DNA from: a virus | Taxonomy: Duplodnaviria > Caudoviricetes | Virus record (IMG/VR): IMGVR_UViG_3300011435_000021 | Location: 1-44,766 of that record | DNA: 44,766 bases | Strand: one strand, 5' to 3' | Shown here: in pieces, positions 1-8,379 of the stretch | Layout: each line of letters begins with the position of its first letter | Position numbering within the stretch: position 1 is the stretch's first letter | The notes under the pieces: model-generated | Seen by the model: only the letters and a program-made list of their open reading frames with translations | What the model was told of the DNA's origin: nothing | Database searches by the model: none | Made by a program: the position numbers and the translations under genes

Positions 1-1
1 C

Positions 2-1177
2 ATCGATGTCGGCATCGTCGCCGCTGGCTTCCACGGCAATCGCCATCTGCCGGTGCAGGTCTGCTCGATCGGCACGCTGCGCCGCAAGTATCATCTGCTG
101 CCGCGACCGAGGCTGATCGTGTGGGACGAGTGCCATCACACAGCGGCGAAGTCATGGGCGGAGATACACGAGCAGTTCCCCGACGCCGCGCACATCGGCC
201 TGTCGGCGACGCCTGAGCGCCTAGATGGAACCGGCCTCGGCAAGTGGTTTAAGAACCTGATCATCGGTCCGAGCGTCGCCTCGTTGATCGCGGACGGATA
301 CCTGTCGAACTACAAGCTCTACGCTCCGTCGACGCCGGACCTCGACGGCGTGCATACCACGGCTGGCGACTTCAACAAAAAGGAACTCGCCGACGCGATG
401 CGGCGATCGACCGTGACCGGCGACGTGATCGACCACTACCGCAAGTTCGCGGACGGCAAGCGCATGGTGCTGTTCGCCTGGTCGATCGAGTCGTCGATGG
501 AGATGGCCGCGAGGTTCAACTCAGCCGGCATCGTGGCCGAGCACGTCGATGGCAAGACCGACGCGACAGTCAGGATGCAGGCGATGGAGAGATTCAAGGC
601 CGGCAAGACGCTCGTGCTGTGCAATGTCGATCTGTTCTCCGAGGGCGTCGACGTTCCGGCGATCGAGGCCGTCGCGCTGCTGCGTCCGACTCAGTCGCTC
701 GGCCTGTATATGCAGCAGATCGGGCGCGCTCTGCGTCCAGCGCCAGGAAAGGAATACGCCGTTATCCTCGATCACGCGGGGAACTGCCGGCGCTTCGGTC
801 TGCCTGACGACGATCGCGAGTGGTCCCTCGAAGGCCGCAAGCGTGGCAGGTCGAACGACTACAGCGTTCCGATCAAGCAGTGTCCGCAGTGCTACTGCAT
901 CACGTCCGCCGCCGCCGATATGTGCAAGTCGTGCGGACACAAATTCATCACGATGCCGCGCGAGATCGAGGAGGTCGACGGCGATCTTGAGGAGGTCGAC
1001 GTTAGCCTGAAGCGCCACATCGACCGGCAGGAGCAGGCGGCGGCAGAGACGCTGACGGACCTCGTCGCGCTCGGCACGGTGCGCGGATATAAGAACCCGA
1101 AAAAATGGGCCGAGCACGTCTGGAATTCACGCCAGGCGAGACGGATTGCGAAGGAAACAAGGGAGATGTTCAGATGA
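2..1177 (+). CDS. Superfamily 2 (DEAD/DEAH-like) DNA helicase, C-terminal portion (5' truncated by window edge)
   Basis: Frame open from base 2 (IDVGIVAAG...). Motifs DECHH (II), LSATPER (III), EGVDVP (V), QQIGRALRP (VI), C-terminal CPQC..CKSCG zinc ribbon. Walker A is in the ORF at 44644-44766. Confidence 0.93.
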   Translation: MDVGIVAAGFHGNRHLPVQVCSIGTLRRKYHLLPRPRLIVWDECHHTAAKSWAEIHEQFPDAAHIGLSATPERLDGTGLGKWFKNLIIGPSVASLIADGYLSNYKLYAPSTPDLDGVHTTAGDFNKKELADAMRRSTVTGDVIDHYRKFADGKRMVLFAWSIESSMEMAARFNSAGIVAEHVDGKTDATVRMQAMERFKAGKTLVLCNVDLFSEGVDVPAIEAVALLRPTQSLGLYMQQIGRALRPAPGKEYAVILDHAGNCRRFGLPDDDREWSLEGRKRGRSNDYSVPIKQCPQCYCITSAAADMCKSCGHKFITMPREIEEVDGDLEEVDVSLKRHIDRQEQAAAETLTDLVALGTVRGYKNPKKWAEHVWNSRQARRIAKETREMFR

Positions 1178-1644
1178 CGAGAGAAAGTTTGATGCAGGCC
1201 GCGCTAAACACGATCCATCGCACGAGTCACTGCGAGCAGTCGCGCATCACTGCGGCGCAGGCTCTTGAGGCGGCAGGCAAGCTGCCGGCAGCGGAGTGCC
1301 TTAATCGGCTGGCGGCTGAGTGCCACAAAGCAAATGAGACCTGGTGGAAGAACCCGGCGACCGGAGAGCGCATCCAGCGCAACAAGGGAGAACTGCTCAT
1401 GCTGATCGTGAGCGAGGTCGCCGAGGCGATGGAGGGCGAGCGAAAGAACCTGATGGACGATCATCTCCCGCACAGGAGAATGGCGGAGGTCGAGCTTGCG
1501 GACGTTCTGATCCGCGTGTTCGACTACGCGGGAGCCTACGGCTACGACCTCGACGGAGCGGTCGCAGAAAAACGCGCTTACAACGCACGTCGCGCCGACC
1601 ACAGGCCGGAGAATCGCCTGCTGGCTGACGGCAAAAAATTCTGA
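1174..1644 (+). CDS. MazG-like nucleoside triphosphate pyrophosphohydrolase
   Basis: ATGA overlap with helicase stop; ExxE...ExxD pattern (SEVAEAMEG...EVELADVLIR) and KRAYN.RR tail typical of all-alpha NTP-PPases. Confidence 0.85.
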   Translation: MTRESLMQAALNTIHRTSHCEQSRITAAQALEAAGKLPAAECLNRLAAECHKANETWWKNPATGERIQRNKGELLMLIVSEVAEAMEGERKNLMDDHLPHRRMAEVELADVLIRVFDYAGAYGYDLDGAVAEKRAYNARRADHRPENRLLADGKKF

Positions 1645-2037
1645 TGCCGTTCAAGTACACATCGCTGCGCGCCAGGCTGAACGCGAACTCTCACGAGGAG
1701 CCAGCGCCGACCGGCGTTAAGTACCGTCGATTCGAGAAGCCGTGCCGGATATGGAACGGCATGGTCGGCGGATCGATGGAGTACGGCAAGATCACGATCA
1801 GGTCGCGGCTGCGGCGCGCGGACGGACAGAAGATAGTTGAAGCGCCTGCTCGCGCATCGTGTCTCGAAGGCGCTCGATCTCGGCGTCCCTATCTGGAAGC
1901 TGAACTACTGCTGCCATGCGTGTGACAGGCCGGCGTGCATCGAGCCGACGCACATCGACAGCAAGACGCCGAGGGCGAACAACCGCGACACTGTTGCGCG
2001 CGGCAGGCATGCGAGCCAGCAGGGGGTAATGGCGTGA
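1644..2037 (+). pseudogene. HNH homing-endonuclease-like gene split by a +1 frameshift near 1836-1840
   Basis: First frame gives CRIWNG..YGKI; the +1 frame from 1837 gives AHRVS..CHACDRPACIEPTH..NNRD. Together these form one HNH endonuclease. Confidence 0.75.
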
Positions 2038-2216
2038 AACAGGACGGCCAGCCGGAGAACTCCGGACATGAGATCGCGACGCTGTTCATCAGGATTCAGC
2101 AGTACAAGGATCAGTGCTGGAAGGCGCACATCCAGCGCAAGCATCGCGATGCCGCCGAGCTTGCCGCGCTTCTGAAGGCGGCGACCGACGAGCTTGAGAG
2201 GAGACTCGTGTTATGA
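2034..2216 (+). CDS. Hypothetical protein (60 aa)
   Basis: GTGA overlap with upstream stop, GGGG SD-like run, fills gap in the tightly packed operon. Confidence 0.6.
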   Translation: MKQDGQPENSGHEIATLFIRIQQYKDQCWKAHIQRKHRDAAELAALLKAATDELERRLVL

Positions 2217-2446
2217 CGGACATCATCCTGCACGCTCTCGGCGGCGCGCTGATCGCGTTGATCGCGTCGCTCGTCGATCCGTTCTGGACGATCGTGGCGA
2301 TCCCCGTTGCCTTCGCTGCTGGCGTGGCACGCGAGTCCGGACAGCGCGACTGGATCAGTCCTCTGCAGTTCAGCGCGCACGCCTGGCGCGAGGCCGTGGC
2401 GTGGAGTGTCGGCGCTGCGGCGATCGCCGTGCTGGTGCATCAGTGA
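2213..2446 (+). CDS. Small membrane protein (2-3 TM)
   Basis: ATGA overlap, GAGGAG upstream, strongly hydrophobic 77 aa. Confidence 0.7.
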   Translation: MTDIILHALGGALIALIASLVDPFWTIVAIPVAFAAGVARESGQRDWISPLQFSAHAWREAVAWSVGAAAIAVLVHQ

Positions 2447-2931
2447 TCGACGACCTGAACCGCATGGAGTCCGAGGGCGGAATCGTAGAGCCTGACGAGG
2501 ATGTTCGCGGAGAGTCCGAGCGGAAGGTTCTCCATCGGACGATGATCGCGCTGTCGACCGCAGGCGCTCGCGTATTCCGCAACACCGTAGGCATGGCGTA
2601 TCAGGGCAAGGCGCTGCGCTTCACGCAGCCGACCGTCGTGCATGTCGACCAGGGCGACATCGTGATCCGCAAGGCTCGCACGGTGCGCGCCGGCCTGATG
2701 ACCGGCAGCAGCGACCTCGTCGGCTGGAACTCGCGGCTGATCGACGAGTACGATGTCGGCAAGCGCATCGCGCAGTTCGTCGCTTGCGAGGTCAAGACCG
2801 ATCGCGGTACAATCGAACCTGAGCAGCAGCAGTTCCTCGAAGTGGTCCGCGATTCAGGCGGCGTCGCGATTCTGGCGCGCTCAAGCGATGAAGCAGTCTC
2901 CAAACTCAACAACGGCGGAGGACTGGAATGA
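2443..2931 (+). CDS. VRR-NUC (PD-(D/E)XK) nuclease
   Basis: GTGA overlap; motifs FRNTVG, GSSDLVG, ACEVKT, EQQQFL...GGVAILARS. Confidence 0.85.
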   Translation: MIDDLNRMESEGGIVEPDEDVRGESERKVLHRTMIALSTAGARVFRNTVGMAYQGKALRFTQPTVVHVDQGDIVIRKARTVRAGLMTGSSDLVGWNSRLIDEYDVGKRIAQFVACEVKTDRGTIEPEQQQFLEVVRDSGGVAILARSSDEAVSKLNNGGGLE

Positions 2932-3812
2932 AACAGACATACCTCGACATCCCGCTTCGCGGCTCGACGCTCGAAGTGATCAAGACGGTCAACGCGATCG
3001 GCGCGAGATACGCGAAGCAGAACCTCACGATGACGGTGCGCCAGGTGTTCTATCGCCTCGTGACGGTCAACGCGATCGCGAACACGCAGAAGGAATACAA
3101 GCGGCTCGTGAAGATCATCACGGACGGCAGGCTCGCCGGCCTGATCGATTGGGACATGATCGAGGACCGGGCGCGCAGCTTCATCGGGCGCACTCGATGG
3201 GAGTCAGGCGTCCATGTCATGAACGCCGCCGCCGACAACTATCATCGCGATATGTGGGAGGGACAGGACTGCAGGCCGTTCGTGCTGATCGAGAAGCAGG
3301 CGCTCGCTGGCGTGCTCTCGCCGCTGTGCTACAGGTACGACGTGCCGCTGCTCGCCTGCAAGGGCTATCCGAGCGCGTCAGTGCTGCGCGACTTCGCTCG
3401 CGAGCAGATCATGCCGGCGCTCGCGGACGGCCAGCGGTGCATGATCCTGCATCTCGGCGACCACGATCCGAGCGGCATCGACATGACGCGCGACATCGTC
3501 GAGCGCATGACGATGTTCATTGAGATCGAGGACGCGGACGTGAACCGGCTCGCGCTCAACATGCCGCAGGTCGAGCGCATGTCGCTCAAGCCGAACCCGG
3601 CCAAGCAGTCAGACGCCAGGTTCGAGAGATACGTTCGACGATTCGGTCGACGCTGCTACGAGCTTGACGCGATCGAGCCGGAGGATTTACAGGCGCTGGT
3701 TCAGCGTTCGATCGTGGCGCGCATCGACCAGTCCATCTGGAAGCGCCGCGAGCGAGAGATCGAGGCGATGAAAAAGAAAATGAGAAAGCACGCGGCCAAG
3801 TTCAAAGGCTGA
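2928..3812 (+). CDS. Topoisomerase VI subunit A / Spo11-like protein (winged helix + TOPRIM; Mini-A type)
   Basis: TVRQVFYRL (putative catalytic Tyr), IEKQAL (TOPRIM Glu), KGYPS, LGDHDPSG (DxD), YELDAI. Confidence 0.8.
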   Translation: MKQTYLDIPLRGSTLEVIKTVNAIGARYAKQNLTMTVRQVFYRLVTVNAIANTQKEYKRLVKIITDGRLAGLIDWDMIEDRARSFIGRTRWESGVHVMNAAADNYHRDMWEGQDCRPFVLIEKQALAGVLSPLCYRYDVPLLACKGYPSASVLRDFAREQIMPALADGQRCMILHLGDHDPSGIDMTRDIVERMTMFIEIEDADVNRLALNMPQVERMSLKPNPAKQSDARFERYVRRFGRRCYELDAIEPEDLQALVQRSIVARIDQSIWKRREREIEAMKKKMRKHAAKFKG

Positions 3813-3847
3813 TCAGGAGAGTTCCAACATGACTCAGGGGTCATCAC

Positions 3848-4117
3848 ATGGCAACGAAAGACAATCCAGGCGCATTTGACTGCTACGCGAACGCGAAGAA
3901 CGACGAGCCGATGTTCGTGCTGCTTGCGCGCGACAAGGCATCGCCGGCTGCGGTTCGCTACTGGTGCTTAGAGCGCATCAAGACCGGGAAGAATTCGATC
4001 AGCGATCCGCAGATCACCGAGGCGTATCAGTGCGCGACGGCGATGGAGGAGTACCAGGCCAAGCTCGCAGCGCCTAAGCCTGTCGAGGAACCGAAGCCGA
4101 CCGTCGACACGCTGTAG
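3848..4117 (+). CDS. Conserved phage hypothetical protein
   Basis: DCYANA..DEPMFVLLARD..A..VRYW motif recurrent in phages; GC-rich third codon positions. Confidence 0.75.
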   Translation: MATKDNPGAFDCYANAKNDEPMFVLLARDKASPAAVRYWCLERIKTGKNSISDPQITEAYQCATAMEEYQAKLAAPKPVEEPKPTVDTL

Positions 4118-4123
4118 ATCGGC

Positions 4124-6853
4124 GTGATCGACTTTCAGAGCCTCGCTTCGAGGCTGCTGTCACAGGCGCGTTCGCTGCTGCCGTCGTGGTTCCCGGCAGG
4201 GAAGATGCACGGACACGAGTTCTGCGTCGGCGATCTCGCCGGCTCGGAAGGCGAGTCGCTGAAGATCAACGTCGTCACTGGCCGCTGGCAGGACTTCTCG
4301 ACCGGCGACAAGGGCGGCGACCTGATCAGCCTGTACGCGGCGATGCACGGCATCAAGCAGTCCGAGGCCGTCAAGCAGCTTGACGACGGCACGACCTCGC
4401 CGCGCGTAGCGCCAGCGCAGAGTAAGCCAGCGGAGCCGGAGCGCGCCGAGTGGACGCCGGTCATCCCGGTCCCTGCCGACGCTCCTGCGCCGCCTGACGA
4501 GTTCTACCGGAAGATGGCCGGCGAGTGGACGAAGCTCGTCGTGCGCGCTCGCTGGACGTACACGAACGCAGCCGGCGAGCCGGTCGGCCACGTCTGCCGG
4601 TTCGAGTGGTACGACCCTCGCGGCGAGCTTGCTAAGGACGTGATCCCGCAGGTCTACTGCCGCAACGCTGACGGACAGCATCAGTGGCGCTGGCGCGCGT
4701 TCGCGCAGCCGAGGCCGCTCTACAACCTGAAGGAACTGCGCGATCGCCCTGACGCTCCTGTGATGGTCGTCGAGGGTGAGAAGAAAGTCGAGGCGATCCG
4801 CAAGCTCGCGCCGCAATACGTTGGCATCGCATGGCAGGGCGGCGCGAAGGCGTGGCGTAAATCAGACTGGTCGCCGATCAACGGTCGCAAGGTTCTGCTG
4901 TGGCCGGACGCTGATCAGAAAACGGTCAAGACCGAGCGCGAGGCGTCGATCTACAAGACTCCGATCGGCGAGCTTATACCGCAGAACCAGCAGCCAGGCG
5001 TGCTGGCGATGTGGGAGATCGGGCATCACGTCTATAGCAAATGCCCGGAAGTGAAGATCATTCTGCCAGCGGGTAAGCCGGACGGATGGGACGCCGCCGA
5101 CGCGCTCGCTGATGGCATGGATTGGGCGGCGCTCAAGGAATGGGCGCTGCCTCTTGTTCAACAAATAACGGGAGCCACTGATGGACGACAACAAAGCAGT
5201 TCCGGAGTTTCTACGCAACAGGCCGCAGGACGTACCGTTCACGGACGAGCACGCGAAGCAGATGATCGGAAAGGTGAAGCGAGCGCCGATGCTGACGCGC
5301 CTGGCGACGTGGCTGAGAGGCGCGCTCAACGTGCAGCCGGCGAGGATGCAGAGCGCGGTGAACATGGCGATCATCAAGATGGCGAGGGAGGACAGGGCGC
5401 TGATCAACGGCCTGCGCGCGGACCTCAAAGCGACGCAGGATCAGGTGTCGAGGTACGCGATGACGAATCTCGATCTGCAGGGCGAGATCATGCGGATCGA
5501 GCACTATCTCGAACTGACGCGGCGCGGCCTGGGTCAGCGCAACGCGAGGGGTCACGAGCACTACGAGCTAGTGCCGATCGAGAAGCACTTACGCCGGCAA
5601 CCTCGCAAGGGTGGGCGAACCGCTGGCTCGCGCTGAGTCTCGATCGCACAGGCAACGGAGCGCCATTCATGAACCTCACGAACGCGATGCGTGTGCTGAT
5701 GGGCGAGCCATCGATGCACAGCAGGGTCTGGTACGACGAATTCCTCGACCGTCAGATGACTGGTGAGCCGCCGCGCGAGTGGACGGACGATGATGACCTG
5801 CAGGTTCAGCTATTCATGCAGGCTGAGATCGGCCTCTCAAAGATCGGGATGGACGCCGTTCGTGGCGCTGTCCGGATGTTCGCCAAGCAGAACGCTCGCA
5901 ACTGCGTGCGTGACTGGCTGGACACGCTGACGTGGGACGAGCAGCCTCGCATCGATCAGTTCTTCGTCGACGTGTTCGGCGCGGAGGACAACGAATACAC
6001 GCGCGCAGCCGGTCGCAACTTCTGGATCAGCATCGCGGCGAGAGCCTACGATCCAGGCTGCAAGGTCGACAATATGATCGTGCTCGAAGGCGCTCAGGGA
6101 CTCGGCAAAAGCATGGCGCTGCGGATCATCGGCGGAGACTGGTTCGCCGAGCAGCACGAGTCAGCGGCGAACGCAAAGGCGTTCTCGGAGATTCTGAAGG
6201 GCAAGCTGCTGATCGAGATCGCGGAGATGGATGCGTTCAACAGGACCGAGGTCAACACGATCAAAAAGGTCGTCTCGTGCCAGTTCGACCGATACCGCAA
6301 GGCATACGATCGCGAGGCGCGCGATCACCAGCGCCAGTGCGTGCTGGTCGGCACGACCAACAAAGACGACTGGAACCGCGACGAGACAGGCGCACGGCGC
6401 TTCTGGCCGATCCGCTGCGCCGGGCTGGTGCGGATCGACCTAGTGCGCGAGAACCGCGCTGCGCTGTTTGCCGAGGCCGTGGCAGAGTTCAAAGCGGGGT
6501 CGACATGGTGGGAGATGCCGAGCGCGAGCACGCTCAGGGAGCAGAGCGCCAGGTTCGACAATGATCCCTGGCTCAGCGCGATCGAGTCGTTCCTGTCCAT
6601 CGCACGAGAGACGCACATGAACGAGATACTAATCGGATGCCTGAAGTTCGAGCTTCAAAAAGTTGGACGGCAGGAACATAATCGCGTTGCATCATGTCTG
6701 CGTAAACTCGGATGGACGAAAGGCGGCAACGCTCGTCGCAACGGTAGCCAGGTGAGATTGTGGCTCCCGCCGTCGACTGATGCTACCGTAGCAGCAAACG
6801 TCGGACGTAGCAGCGACCCGAAGCAGCAGGAAGAACCGAATCCATTTCAATGA
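4124..6853 (+). CDS. Primase (TOPRIM) fused to VapE-type helicase/ATPase
   Basis: N-terminal W.DF..GDKGGDLISL domain; TOPRIM VVEGEK, WPDAD, GWDAAD; C-terminal LEGAQGLGKS (Walker A), EIAEM, GTTN, TGARRFWP. Confidence 0.9.
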   Translation: MIDFQSLASRLLSQARSLLPSWFPAGKMHGHEFCVGDLAGSEGESLKINVVTGRWQDFSTGDKGGDLISLYAAMHGIKQSEAVKQLDDGTTSPRVAPAQSKPAEPERAEWTPVIPVPADAPAPPDEFYRKMAGEWTKLVVRARWTYTNAAGEPVGHVCRFEWYDPRGELAKDVIPQVYCRNADGQHQWRWRAFAQPRPLYNLKELRDRPDAPVMVVEGEKKVEAIRKLAPQYVGIAWQGGAKAWRKSDWSPINGRKVLLWPDADQKTVKTEREASIYKTPIGELIPQNQQPGVLAMWEIGHHVYSKCPEVKIILPAGKPDGWDAADALADGMDWAALKEWALPLVQQITGATDGRQQSSSGVSTQQAAGRTVHGRAREADDRKGEASADADAPGDVAERRAQRAAGEDAERGEHGDHQDGEGGQGADQRPARGPQSDAGSGVEVRDDESRSAGRDHADRALSRTDAARPGSAQREGSRALRASADREALTPATSQGWANRWLALSLDRTGNGAPFMNLTNAMRVLMGEPSMHSRVWYDEFLDRQMTGEPPREWTDDDDLQVQLFMQAEIGLSKIGMDAVRGAVRMFAKQNARNCVRDWLDTLTWDEQPRIDQFFVDVFGAEDNEYTRAAGRNFWISIAARAYDPGCKVDNMIVLEGAQGLGKSMALRIIGGDWFAEQHESAANAKAFSEILKGKLLIEIAEMDAFNRTEVNTIKKVVSCQFDRYRKAYDREARDHQRQCVLVGTTNKDDWNRDETGARRFWPIRCAGLVRIDLVRENRAALFAEAVAEFKAGSTWWEMPSASTLREQSARFDNDPWLSAIESFLSIARETHMNEILIGCLKFELQKVGRQEHNRVASCLRKLGWTKGGNARRNGSQVRLWLPPSTDATVAANVGRSSDPKQQEEPNPFQ
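5181..5636 (+). CDS. Putative overprinted gene (151 aa, coiled-coil-like) nested in +1 frame of the primase-helicase linker
   Basis: GGAG SD upstream of ATG; GC-rich third positions in this frame; host frame here reads as low-complexity off-frame-like text. Confidence 0.65.
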   Translation: MDDNKAVPEFLRNRPQDVPFTDEHAKQMIGKVKRAPMLTRLATWLRGALNVQPARMQSAVNMAIIKMAREDRALINGLRADLKATQDQVSRYAMTNLDLQGEIMRIEHYLELTRRGLGQRNARGHEHYELVPIEKHLRRQPRKGGRTAGSR

Positions 6854-7025
6854 GTTGCGCCATCTGCTGCGTCTGCTGCTACCTATTCTTATATATAAAG
6901 ACTACTGTAGTAGGAGGAGGGGAGGGATGCACGAGAGCGCACACGGCGGCGCGCGTGCGCGTGCGCGCGAGGCGTGCGGAGACTCTTAGGAAATCGACGC
7001 AGCAGACGCAGCAGCGCAGCAGCGG
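6780..7025. other. Putative replication origin: iteron-like repeats around an AT-rich core
   Basis: CGTAGCAGC at 6787 and 6806; 16-bp inverted repeat 6864-6879 / 6999-7014; TTATATATAA palindrome 6889-6898; directly after primase-helicase gene. Confidence 0.6.
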
Positions 7026-7067
7026 CCTGTTATGTGGCCTGGCGCACATCGGGGTAGGATTGCGACC

Positions 7068-7628
7068 GTGAGCACGACATCAGAGACCACGGCGCGCACG
7101 CGAGACGCGATCGCTGCGCCTGGCGCGATCGACGCAGTGTGCGCTTACATCACAGGCGGAGGGACGCTCGCGGCCTGGTGTCGCGGCCACGAGTTCGAGG
7201 ATCGCGGCAGCTACGTGTTCGAGCTTGTGGCGGCGTGGATCGAGGCCGATGGAGCGCGCCGAAAACGCTACAAGGACGCGCTCGAAGTCCGCGCGCAGCA
7301 TCACAAGGATCGCATCATCGAGCAGCTTGTCGGGATGGTCACTGCCGATCTCACGACTGCGTTCGCGGCGGACGGCACGCTGCTGCCGATCGACCAGATA
7401 CCGCTTGGCGTGCGCCACTGGATCGCCGGCATCGAGGTCGATGAACTGTGGTCAGGCAAGGGTGAGAACCGCGAGCAGATCGGCGTCGTGAAGAAAGTGA
7501 AGTTTTGGGATAAGGTCCGCTCGACAGAACTACTGATGAAGAATCTCAAGATGCTCGTCGAGAGGCACGAGGTCGCCGGCTTGAACCTGGCGGACCTGCT
7601 CGCTGGTGATGAAGGAAAACGATCGTGA
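7068..7628 (+). CDS. terS: Terminase small subunit
   Basis: N-terminal HTH-like region and KVKFWDKVRSTELLMKNLKML motif; upstream of terL. GTG start inferred. Confidence 0.75.
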   Translation: MSTTSETTARTRDAIAAPGAIDAVCAYITGGGTLAAWCRGHEFEDRGSYVFELVAAWIEADGARRKRYKDALEVRAQHHKDRIIEQLVGMVTADLTTAFAADGTLLPIDQIPLGVRHWIAGIEVDELWSGKGENREQIGVVKKVKFWDKVRSTELLMKNLKMLVERHEVAGLNLADLLAGDEGKRS

Positions 7629-7813
7629 GGTACGGCAACGCGGGGTTCCGAGCGATGATGCGGCTGCGCCAGCTTGCGATGTTTGATGTGGCGCTGTCGG
7701 TCAGGCGGGTGGATCAGTGGAGCATTGCCATCCCTCGGAGCGGCAACATGCCGCCGCAGTACGTGAACCTCATGACTGGTCAGGTCGGCATCGTGCGTCC
7801 TGCAGGGTCTTGA
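7625..7813 (+). CDS. Hypothetical protein
   Basis: GTGA overlap, AAGGA upstream. Confidence 0.5.
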   Translation: MRYGNAGFRAMMRLRQLAMFDVALSVRRVDQWSIAIPRSGNMPPQYVNLMTGQVGIVRPAGS

Positions 7814-7815
7814 CC

Positions 7816-8028
7816 GTGCAGCCGTCCGTGTGGCTGCGATACATCTCAGCGCCTGGCGCTGCGCCGGTCGACGCTCGGTTCAATCCGAAGCCTGATCCTG
7901 CGGTGATGGCTGAGTTCCTGAACCTGTGCGCGACTCGCCTCGGCCTCACGCTCGACGACGAGCCTGGCGCGCTGATCGAGGAGCGCGTCAAGCGGGACGG
8001 ACCGCGACTCGCTGAGTACCATCGTTGA
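7816..8028 (+). CDS. Hypothetical protein
   Basis: GTG start after previous stop; codon usage consistent with genome. Confidence 0.5.
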   Translation: MQPSVWLRYISAPGAAPVDARFNPKPDPAVMAEFLNLCATRLGLTLDDEPGALIEERVKRDGPRLAEYHR

Positions 8029-8222
8029 GCGCCGACCGCGACGCTGATCGATTCATCGGCCTGCTCGGAGAGTCAGGTCACACGAAGATGGCGCTGATGC
8101 GTGGCGATGTCGTCGTCGCCACGTACCTGCAGCACGTCGATGGCAAGCTCTGGACTGTCGTGCCGCGCCACGATCGCCTGCTGCCTGGCGCTAACGACGA
8201 AAGGTTCGGGCCAAATGTCTAA
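8025..8222 (+). CDS. Hypothetical protein
   Basis: TTGA overlap; codon usage consistent. Confidence 0.5.
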   Translation: MSADRDADRFIGLLGESGHTKMALMRGDVVVATYLQHVDGKLWTVVPRHDRLLPGANDERFGPNV

Positions 8223-8379
8223 CTGGCGTCCGTGTCCAGCGAAGGCGCAGGACGGAATCTGCGAGCAGCATGAGGCTTGCCTGCATCGCGGAGATCGATG
8301 CCCGTTCGAGTGCGACGGCTGCGGAGACGTGACCGACATCAACGACGAGGGTCTATGCGTGGAGTGTGCTGATGGCTGA
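8215..8379 (+). CDS. Small Cys-rich (zinc-binding) protein
   Basis: 54 aa with CDGCG..LCVEC; overlaps terL start. Confidence 0.55.
   Translation: MSNWRPCPAKAQDGICEQHEACLHRGDRCPFECDGCGDVTDINDEGLCVECADG

Noticed and set aside
2194-2442. Long N-terminal extension of the VRR-NUC ORF (similarly the extensions at 1105, 35705, 36133, 40431, 41596)
   Set aside because: They overlap upstream genes; coupled starts at stop codons are more plausible.
3816-3878. AGGAG plus ATG 3828 giving a 16-aa peptide, and a short ATGAC/GTCAT hairpin over the SD of 3848
   Set aside because: Too short and weak to distinguish from chance.
6787-7023. CRISPR-like or mini-array reading of the AGCAG repeats
   Set aside because: Repeats are short, irregularly spaced and in both orientations; no repeat-spacer periodicity.
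6850-7071. 73-aa ORF MSCAICCVCC...
   Set aside because: Its Cys/Gln runs are simply the translation of the origin-like repeats; the region is better explained as non-coding.
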